A stretch of 61,346 nt of DNA from Sulfurimonas sp. GTDB lineage: Bacteria; Campylobacterota; Campylobacteria; Campylobacterales; Sulfurimonadaceae. Where the stretch lies: positions 1 to 61,346 of the forward strand of contig JALSYX010000038.1 in assembly GCA_027071805.1 (NCBI GenBank), given 5' to 3'. The translations under genes and the position numbers were made by a program. Under the pieces are notes generated by a model. That model worked only from the letters and a program-made list of their open reading frames with translations, had not been told where the DNA came from and did not search any database. Positions 50,522 through 57,909 of the stretch are shown here, in pieces; the stretch's first letter is position 1; each line of letters starts with the position of its first letter.

Positions 50522-50553
50522 ATCCTAACTTTCTAAAATGAAGATATTATGAA
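50522..50553 (-). promoter_or_regulatory. TTCAT-N6-TTCAT box plus -10-like hexamer (TAGGAT) for the porin operon
   Basis: Minus strand TTCAT-aatatc-TTCAT-tttagaaagt-TAGGAT; same geometry as the 39078 box. Confidence 0.7.
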
Positions 50554-51215
50554 GATTTATTTACTTTATACCCAACACCGCGTACATTTTGTATAAACTC
50601 TTTGTTGCCTAATTTTTTACGCAGGTTTTTAATGTGCACATCTACAAGATTGCTATGTTTGACACTATAATTATCTTTATTGATATGTTCACTCAGCTGG
50701 TAACGGGTAAGGACTTGATTTGGGTTTTGCATAAAAAGTTCTAAAAGGTCAAATTCTGCAGCGGTGAGTTGTACCTCTGTATCATCCATAAAAACAACTC
50801 TTTTGACTAAATCAAGCTTGCAGGGTGCTATCTCAATGAGGCTCACTTTTTGTGTACTCTCACGACGAAGTAAAGCTCGAATGCGGGCTAACAACTCCAC
50901 AGAGGAGTAGGGTTTACATAAGTAATCATCTGCCCCACTATCTAAAACAGCCACTCTATCATCGACAGCAGCATTTGCTGAGAGCATTAACACCGGTGTT
51001 TTAATCTCCAAATCACGCAGTTCTTGCAAAAGTGTATGCCCATCGCCATCACCCAAATTCCAATCAAGTAAAATCAAAGCATACATATTTTTATCGATAC
51101 ACTCTTGAGCTTCTTTATAGCCAAAGGCAATATCACAACGATACTTTTCACTCTTTAAAAGTTGGGCTAACTGCTTTGCACTCACCGCATCATCTTCTAC
51201 AATTAAAATATTCAT
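50547..51215 (-). CDS. OmpR/PhoB family response regulator
   Basis: VEDD, LDWNLGDGDG, GADDYLCKPY, winged helix ending VRGVGY. Confidence 0.96.
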   Translation of the reverse strand: MNILIVEDDAVSAKQLAQLLKSEKYRCDIAFGYKEAQECIDKNMYALILLDWNLGDGDGHTLLQELRDLEIKTPVLMLSANAAVDDRVAVLDSGADDYLCKPYSSVELLARIRALLRRESTQKVSLIEIAPCKLDLVKRVVFMDDTEVQLTAAEFDLLELFMQNPNQVLTRYQLSEHINKDNYSVKHSNLVDVHIKNLRKKLGNKEFIQNVRGVGYKVNKSS

Positions 51216-52090
51216 ACCATTCCCTCCAAATCTTCAAGTGGTGCACTTATAAGCTCACGAAACTGTGTTTTATTAAATGTTTGTTGGCGTTTTGCAAGCT
51301 GGGCAGTATGGGTAATGATGTTTTCAAGCATCTGCTCTTTGCTTACTTTTGCATCCAAATACTCCAAAACCTCAACAATCCCAATCGCTCCCATTGCATG
51401 GGGTAAACGGGTATATTTTTGCTCCAAAAAACTCACCTCATCTACTAAACCCATCGCAAACATTTTATGTGTGCGTTTACGAATGCGTTCGCGCAAAACT
51501 TCTCGTGAGACTTCTATGTTGTATATCGGCAGGTTTTGTATAATTTTTTGTGGAGGATTTTGTAAAAACCACGCAGAGGGAGCAAGACTCGATGCTTCAT
51601 AAATCAAAAGTGCTTTTTCTATTCTATACCTGTCGCTGGAGGCAATTTTATGCATATAGGCACTATCTATTTGCACCAACTCCTTATAAACAGCTTGCAA
51701 ATTGTGCATTTTTTGTTTCACGCGTTTTTTAACATCTTCAGATATAGCGGGTATTTTAGACAAGCCATCGATTAAAGATTTAAGATAAAAGGAAGTCCCC
51801 CCAACAATCACAAGGTTTTTACCATCTGCTTGGCATCTTTGCAAGCTTGTCTGGTACAAATCTCGAAAAATATCCACACTAAAATATGCATCTGGGTATA
51901 ACTCATTTATGCCAAAATGTTTTACACTCAAAAGTTCCTCTTGTGAGGGTTTGGCACTCACGATATCTATCTCTTTATAGATGCTCAAAGAGTCTATAGA
52001 GAGAATGTACGCATCCATTTTTTGTGCAAATTGGATGGCTAAATCACTCTTTCCTGATGCTGTTGGTCCTATTATTGCCACTTGTTTCAT
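51212..52090 (-). CDS. miaA: tRNA dimethylallyltransferase
   Basis: GPTASGKS, DSLSIY, VGGTSFY, LAKRQ. Confidence 0.96.
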   Translation of the reverse strand: MKQVAIIGPTASGKSDLAIQFAQKMDAYILSIDSLSIYKEIDIVSAKPSQEELLSVKHFGINELYPDAYFSVDIFRDLYQTSLQRCQADGKNLVIVGGTSFYLKSLIDGLSKIPAISEDVKKRVKQKMHNLQAVYKELVQIDSAYMHKIASSDRYRIEKALLIYEASSLAPSAWFLQNPPQKIIQNLPIYNIEVSREVLRERIRKRTHKMFAMGLVDEVSFLEQKYTRLPHAMGAIGIVEVLEYLDAKVSKEQMLENIITHTAQLAKRQQTFNKTQFRELISAPLEDLEGMV

Positions 52091-52096
52091 AGCACT

Positions 52097-52105
52097 ATTA
52101 TATCA
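52097..52105 (-). promoter_or_regulatory. Extended -10 (TGaTATAAT) 6 nt before miaA ATG; probable leaderless transcript
   Basis: Minus strand TGATATAAT-agtgct-ATG. Confidence 0.6.
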
Positions 52106-52158
52106 TTTTAAAACAACTTTGGGTAGAATAAGCCAAAAGAATAGCCAGAGGAAAAAAC

Positions 52159-53019
52159 ATGGATAGATTCATCAAAAAAGCCAAAGATTTTAATGAACTC
52201 GTAATGTTTGAGCACTCCATATTTTCACTCCCTTTTATTTTTATTGCGATGGTCGTTGCTGCAGATGGTTGGTTTGGCTTTGGGCTTTTCGTGCTTGGTA
52301 TTGTCGCAGCCTTAAGTGCCCGTAACTTTGCCATGGGGGTCAATCGCTATGCCGATCGTGACATTGATGCACAAAACCCCCGCACAGCAAACCGCCCCAA
52401 TGTAGATGGGCGACTCGACAGTACGAGCATTCTTATTTTTATTGGGGTCAATGCCCTGCTTTTTATTGTCGCTGCGTTTATGATTAATGCTCTTGCGTTT
52501 GCTTTGAGTATTCCTATTTTAATTGTTTTAGGTTCTTACTCTTATTTTAAACGTTTCTCCTCTTTAGCCCATGTTATTTTAGGTATTTCCCTAGGGCTTG
52601 CCCCTATCGCTGGGGTCGTGGCAGTTTTAGCAACTATTCCTCCGTGGTCGGTGCTTTTGAGTTTAGGTGTTATTTTTTGGGTGGCAGGTTTTGATTTACT
52701 CTACTCTATGCAAGATATGGACTTTGACAAAGAAAAAAATCTCCACTCCATCCCTTCAAAATTTGGTGCAGAGGCGGCACTCTTTATCTCTGCTCTTTTT
52801 CATGGGCTGAGTGTCATCTTTTGGATTTTGTTTGTTTGGGTTGCAGGGCTTGGTTTTTTTGCCTTTGTCGCTGCGTTTGGCAGTGGTTTTGTTTTAGCCT
52901 ATGAGCAGTACTTAGTCCGTAAAGATTTTACAAAAATAGACCGTGCTTTTTTTACCATCAACGGCTATTTAGGCATTGCATTTTTTGCTCTCATTATTTT
53001 AGATAAGGTCTTTGCATGA
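52159..53019 (+). CDS. mqnP: UbiA-family prenyltransferase of the futalosine menaquinone pathway
   Basis: EHSIFSLPF, NRYADRDIDAQNPRT, YSYFKRF, GFDLLY..QD. Confidence 0.88.
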   Translation: MDRFIKKAKDFNELVMFEHSIFSLPFIFIAMVVAADGWFGFGLFVLGIVAALSARNFAMGVNRYADRDIDAQNPRTANRPNVDGRLDSTSILIFIGVNALLFIVAAFMINALAFALSIPILIVLGSYSYFKRFSSLAHVILGISLGLAPIAGVVAVLATIPPWSVLLSLGVIFWVAGFDLLYSMQDMDFDKEKNLHSIPSKFGAEAALFISALFHGLSVIFWILFVWVAGLGFFAFVAAFGSGFVLAYEQYLVRKDFTKIDRAFFTINGYLGIAFFALIILDKVFA

Positions 53020-53540
53020 GCCAGCCGCGTTTAGTTCCTGCTCCGATTAGTCTTGTTTTTAGTGAAATTTCGCAAGATAAAGAACTTTTTGAAAGAGAGT
53101 ATCACCAACTCAGCGAATCTGATGAAAATGCCATCCAACAATGGCTCAAACTTGCCAAAGCCAAAGGGGAAACTGCCGACACAGACCCTGTTTTACTCCA
53201 ACTCATCGTCGAATTACACAACAAAATAGATGCCCTTGAAATGTTCTTAAAAAATGAACAGCCAAAACGCGTCTCACTCACAGATGCCGCAAATATTGAT
53301 GCCATTGGTTTTGAACATTTTCGCATTGAAGAGCCGCTTTTTGTCAAAGGCACTACGTATTATGCGCGTATTGAAATGCCTGTGCACCCTAAACGTGATG
53401 TCGGTGTCTTTTTTACAGCACAGAGTGAAACACTCGCCCAATTTAGCAAAATTCATGAAAGAGATGAAAAAGAGTGGGCTGCTTATATGACGGCACGCGA
53501 GCGTGTCCTTATTCGTGAGATGAAAGAGAAAAAATCATGA
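53016..53540 (+). CDS. Hypothetical protein, possible degenerate PilZ-like fold
   Basis: Helical N-half (KIDALE), beta-rich C-half, terminal helix; coupled to mqnP. Confidence 0.75.
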   Translation: MSQPRLVPAPISLVFSEISQDKELFEREYHQLSESDENAIQQWLKLAKAKGETADTDPVLLQLIVELHNKIDALEMFLKNEQPKRVSLTDAANIDAIGFEHFRIEEPLFVKGTTYYARIEMPVHPKRDVGVFFTAQSETLAQFSKIHERDEKEWAAYMTARERVLIREMKEKKS

Positions 53541-54070
53541 ATATCCCCCAAATAGACCTCTCACAATTTCATATTGAGTATATTATTGTCCTCATGGCAG
53601 GCATTATTCTCTATCTTTTGTATTATGTTTTTACAAAAGATGCCAACTACACCAAAAATATCCGCTCAGTTGCCTCTGCAGCAGAAGAGCTCAATCGAGA
53701 AATTTTTTATCTGAAAAAAAAGCTTGAAGAGACACAAAAAAATATCAGCAAAAATTCCCAACGCATGAGCGATAGAGAGATATACGAAGAGATTGAACGC
53801 AGTGTCTATGACATGATTAACCCTTTTTCACAAGGGATGAAACAGCTCCAAGAAAACATCAATTATATAGAAGCAGAACTCAACTCCCGAGTCGCCAATC
53901 TAGAGAGTGGTGTGAAACAGATTTCCATTCCCTCCTCTATCCATGGCAATGATGATGAAAAAATCATCTCTTTATTTAAGCAAAGTGTCTCTGTAGAGAC
54001 TATTTCAAAAGAGTTACATATCTCCAAACCTGAAGTAGAATTTGTCCTTAAAATCAACCAACTCCAGTAA
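53537..54070 (+). CDS. Membrane-anchored coiled-coil protein with C-terminal HTH-like motif
   Basis: One TM, coiled coil, SVETISKELHISKPEVEFVLK. Confidence 0.8.
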   Translation: MNIPQIDLSQFHIEYIIVLMAGIILYLLYYVFTKDANYTKNIRSVASAAEELNREIFYLKKKLEETQKNISKNSQRMSDREIYEEIERSVYDMINPFSQGMKQLQENINYIEAELNSRVANLESGVKQISIPSSIHGNDDEKIISLFKQSVSVETISKELHISKPEVEFVLKINQLQ

Positions 54071-54081
54071 GGTGTGAATCT

Positions 54082-55260
54082 ATGGCAGATAGAAAATTAT
54101 TTACCCTTGTTGCCATACTCATTGGAATAAGCATTATTCTCTCTTACTCCCTCTCTGTCTATGTCACCCTGCTTTTTCACACCAACGAGTTTCACTTTGC
54201 CCTGCGTCAAGCCATTTTTGGTGTTTTGAGTTTAACCATTATGTTTACCCTCTCCCTGCTCAACCCTGACAAATGGCTCAGTCCCATAGGTTTTACCCTC
54301 TTTTTAGGCTCTTTAGCACTCATGATTGCTATGCCTTTTTTACCCACAAGTTTAGTCTCAGAAGTAGGCGGTGCCAAACGCTGGATAAAAGTCGCAGGCT
54401 TCTCTCTTGCCCCTGTAGAGTTTTTTAAAGTCGGCTTTATCTATTTTTTAGCTTGGAGTTTTTCGCGCAAACTCGGGCACCATCAAGGGATGGGACTCGT
54501 TAATGAGTTTAAGCGTTTTATCCCCTATGGTGTTGTTTTTGTAGGAGCGATGTTTATCATTGCGTTTTTACAAAAAGATTTAGGGCAAGTGGTTGTTTTA
54601 GGTTTAACACTTCTATTTATGCTTATTTTTGCAGGGAGTAGTTTTAAGTTTTTTATTAGTATTCTAGGAGGAATTTTTACCGCTGTAGTCATATTTATTG
54701 TCACTGCACACCATAGAATTTTGCGTATAAAATCGTGGTGGTCGCTTGCACAAAACTCCGTTCTTGGACTTTTGCCTGACTCCATTGCAGACAAACTCAG
54801 AGTCCCAGTAGAAGTCGAACCCTACCAAATAGGACACTCCCTCAATGCCATTCATAATGGTGGGCTCTTTGGAGTGGGTCTTGGCAATGGTACTTTTAAA
54901 CTTGGATTTTTATCAGAAGTGCATACCGACTTCATCTTAGCAGGACTCGCTGAAGAGTTTGGTTTTTTTGGTGTGCTTGGTGTTGTTGTACTTTTTTTGC
55001 TCATTTTACACCGCATCTTTAAAATTGCCAACCGTTCCAAAGAACAGACTCTCTATCTTTTTAGCATTGGTATTGGGCTTATTTTAGCCTTCTCCTTTCT
55101 TGTGAATGCCTATGGTATCAGTGGAATTACTCCTATTAAAGGACTCTCTGTTCCCTTTTTAAGTTATGGTGGCTCTGCGATGCTTGGTGCTGCGTTTGGA
55201 GTGGGAATGATACTCATGGCTTCTAAAAAAGCTCAAATGGAAAAAGGAATAGACAAATGA
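54082..55260 (+). CDS. ftsW: SEDS family cell division protein FtsW
   Basis: GAKRWI, PVEFFK, QKDLG, EVHTDF, EEFG, PFLSYGGS; adjacent to murG. Confidence 0.93.
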   Translation: MADRKLFTLVAILIGISIILSYSLSVYVTLLFHTNEFHFALRQAIFGVLSLTIMFTLSLLNPDKWLSPIGFTLFLGSLALMIAMPFLPTSLVSEVGGAKRWIKVAGFSLAPVEFFKVGFIYFLAWSFSRKLGHHQGMGLVNEFKRFIPYGVVFVGAMFIIAFLQKDLGQVVVLGLTLLFMLIFAGSSFKFFISILGGIFTAVVIFIVTAHHRILRIKSWWSLAQNSVLGLLPDSIADKLRVPVEVEPYQIGHSLNAIHNGGLFGVGLGNGTFKLGFLSEVHTDFILAGLAEEFGFFGVLGVVVLFLLILHRIFKIANRSKEQTLYLFSIGIGLILAFSFLVNAYGISGITPIKGLSVPFLSYGGSAMLGAAFGVGMILMASKKAQMEKGIDK

Positions 55261-56282
55261 AACTCTGTATAACAGGCGGTGGAACAGGCGGGCATCTTAT
55301 GATAGCCGAGGCTCTCCTTGAGGCGGCAACAAAAGAGGGACACCAATGCATATTTATTGGCTCCACACATGGGCAAGATAGAAAATACTTTGCGCATAAC
55401 AGTGGCTTTGAAGCAGTCTATTTTTTACAAACAACAGGGGTTGTCAATCAAAAAGGTTTTGGCAAAATCAAAGCCCTACTGAAAATTTTCAAAGCTTTTT
55501 TCCTCTCTCGCAAACTCTTAAAAAAACACAAAATAGATGCGACCTACAGTGTTGGCGGTTTCTCTGCCGCTCCTGCTGCGTTTGCCACCCTCAGCCGTAA
55601 AATTCCGCTCTATATTCATGAACAAAATGCCCTCACAGGACGACTCAATGCCCTCTTAAAACCCTATGCAAAAAGTTTTATCTCTGCTTATGATACAAAC
55701 TCGTCCATCAAAGGCTATCCGGTCAAAGAGGTTTTTTATAAAAACGCAAGAGTAAGAGAGAGCCTCCACACTATCATCTTTTTAGGAGGAAGCCACGGGG
55801 CAAAAGCTATTAATGACTTAGCACTCAGTATTGCCCCTGAGTTAGTCAAACGCAAAATTAGCATCATACATCAAGCAGGAGAAGCAGATTTTCAACGGGT
55901 GCAAAATGCCTACAAAACACTCGATATAGCAGTAGAACTCTATGCCTTTACACAGGAACTTGACAAACTCATTAGCCGTGCAGATTTAGCTGTGTCTCGT
56001 GCGGGTGCTTCTACACTTTGGGAACTCACAGCCAATGGATGCCCTGCACTTTTCATCCCCTACCCTTATGCTGCAGGGGATCATCAGTTTCATAATGCTG
56101 CGTTTATTTTAAAAAATGAAATGGGTTGGTGCCAACGACAAAAGAGTGACTTACAACAGCAACTTCTTACAATTTTAGACGAACCTTTAGAAGAAAAAAG
56201 CAAAAAATTACTTTCCTATGGTACAATAAATGTCGCTTCTCAAATGATACAAGAAGTACAAAAGGATTTTACACATGCATGA
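55257..56282 (+). CDS. murG: Lipid II GlcNAc transferase
   Basis: GGGTGGH, HEQN, GGSHGA, SRAGAST, DHQFHNA. Confidence 0.97.
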   Translation: MKLCITGGGTGGHLMIAEALLEAATKEGHQCIFIGSTHGQDRKYFAHNSGFEAVYFLQTTGVVNQKGFGKIKALLKIFKAFFLSRKLLKKHKIDATYSVGGFSAAPAAFATLSRKIPLYIHEQNALTGRLNALLKPYAKSFISAYDTNSSIKGYPVKEVFYKNARVRESLHTIIFLGGSHGAKAINDLALSIAPELVKRKISIIHQAGEADFQRVQNAYKTLDIAVELYAFTQELDKLISRADLAVSRAGASTLWELTANGCPALFIPYPYAAGDHQFHNAAFILKNEMGWCQRQKSDLQQQLLTILDEPLEEKSKKLLSYGTINVASQMIQEVQKDFTHA

Positions 56283-56877
56283 ACTCGCACAACTTTTAGT
56301 AGATGCCATCTTTGATTGGGGTTATCTTGGTATTTTCATAATGATGGCTATTGAGTCCTCTTTTATCCCTTTTCCAAGTGAAATAGTCCTCATTCCTGCG
56401 GGGTATTTAGCCTCTCAAGGAGAGATGAGCATAGCACTCATTATGCTCTCAGCTCTAGCAGGTTCGATGATTGGTGCTTTTATAAACTACTATTTAGCCT
56501 TGACCTTAGGACGAAAATTTCTTCTGCGTTATGGAAAATACTTTTTCATTAAAGAAGAGGCCCTTTTAAAAATGGAAAACTTCTTTGAAAAACATGGGCA
56601 TATTTCTACCTTTAGTGGTCGTCTCATTCCCGGAATTCGCCAGCTTATCTCTATTCCTGCGGGTTTAGCACGTATGAATTTAGCACAGTTTTCCCTCTTT
56701 ACTGCCTTAGGTGCTGGAATTTGGGCTTTAGTACTTGTACTTCTTGGCTACATCATTGGAGAAAATCAAGCTTTAATTGCAGAATATCTGCATGAAATTA
56801 CGCTTGGTGTTGTACTTACTTTAGTGTTTGTAGGCATCGGCTACTATTTTTATCAAAAAAGGAGAGATGAAGAATGA
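56275..56877 (+). CDS. DedA family membrane protein
   Basis: ESSFIPFPSE, GRLIPGIR, SIPAG. Confidence 0.95.
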   Translation: MHELAQLLVDAIFDWGYLGIFIMMAIESSFIPFPSEIVLIPAGYLASQGEMSIALIMLSALAGSMIGAFINYYLALTLGRKFLLRYGKYFFIKEEALLKMENFFEKHGHISTFSGRLIPGIRQLISIPAGLARMNLAQFSLFTALGAGIWALVLVLLGYIIGENQALIAEYLHEITLGVVLTLVFVGIGYYFYQKRRDEE

Positions 56878-57365
56878 AAGAAAATATGAGTTATATGTTC
56901 CAAGCGGGTTTTCTTGGAACTCGGGCACCATTTTTTATGGATTTTGTGACTTTGATTGTGGCAATTTTACCTTTTATTGTCTATGGTTCCATCATTTTTG
57001 CAAAAAAAAAGAATTACAAAATGCATATACTTTCTCAAAATATCATTTTTGTCGTTGCTGTAATCGTTTTAGGGTATTTTGAGTATGGTGTTCGTGTAGG
57101 TGGGGGTTTTGATGCCTTTATCAAAGCGAGTAACATTTCGCATTTATATGCAGGTGTTGTTTTAGTTGTCCATATTATTATATCACTTGTGATGCTTTTT
57201 TACTGGATTCGAACTGTTGTCAATGCAAATATCAACCGTTCAAAAGGTTTACTCCCCGGAAGCCATTCCAAACCACACAAACTCCTCGCGATGAAAACGT
57301 TTATAGGCATTATGCTCTCCTCTTTTACGGGAGTATGGGTCTATACCCTCCTCTTTATGAGCTAA
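56874..57365 (+). CDS. DUF420-like 4-TM membrane protein
   Basis: Four TMs with His residues (KMH, VHI, PHK) and TGVWVY ending. Confidence 0.75.
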   Translation: MKENMSYMFQAGFLGTRAPFFMDFVTLIVAILPFIVYGSIIFAKKKNYKMHILSQNIIFVVAVIVLGYFEYGVRVGGGFDAFIKASNISHLYAGVVLVVHIIISLVMLFYWIRTVVNANINRSKGLLPGSHSKPHKLLAMKTFIGIMLSSFTGVWVYTLLFMS

Positions 57366-57412
57366 GTAAGAGAGCATAAATAACTTCATAGTTATTTATG
57401 CTCTCTTACTTA
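57363..57412. repeat. Perfect 23-bp inverted repeat with 4-nt loop
   Basis: TAAGTAAGAGAGCATAAATAACT-tcat-AGTTATTTATGCTCTCTTACTTA. Confidence 0.95.
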
Positions 57413-57431
57413 AAAATACAAAGGAATTTAT

Positions 57432-57908
57432 ATGTTAGCAATCAACCAAGAAGCCCCTGCGTTTTGTTTACCAAACCAAGATGATGTCGAGATATGTTCT
57501 CGTGATTTACGAGGAAAATGGATTATTCTTTATTTCTACCCTCGTGACAATACCCCAGGATGCACCACCGAAGCCTGTGAGTTTACAGAAGCAGCCCCTG
57601 ATTTTTCAGACCTCGATGCCATCATTTTAGGTGTGAGTGCAGACAGCACAAAAAAACACCGTAATTTCATCGAGAAAAAAGCATTGGGTATCACCCTTTT
57701 AAGTGATGAGAGTACCAACATGATGCAAGAATATGGCGTTTGGCAACTCAAAAAGAATTATGGCAAAGAGTATATGGGCATTGTGCGAACGACCTTTATT
57801 ATAGACCCAGAGGGAGTTATTCGAGCTATTTTTGAAAAGGTACGTGTCAAAGAGCATGTCGCCAAAGTCAAAGAAAAACTCCAAGAATTACAAGGCAAAG
57901 GAGAATAA
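57432..57908 (+). CDS. bcp: Thiol peroxidase Bcp (2-Cys PrxQ)
   Basis: YFYPRDNTPGCTTEAC, GVSAD, RTTFIID. Confidence 0.96.
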   Translation: MLAINQEAPAFCLPNQDDVEICSRDLRGKWIILYFYPRDNTPGCTTEACEFTEAAPDFSDLDAIILGVSADSTKKHRNFIEKKALGITLLSDESTNMMQEYGVWQLKKNYGKEYMGIVRTTFIIDPEGVIRAIFEKVRVKEHVAKVKEKLQELQGKGE

Positions 57909-57909
57909 A

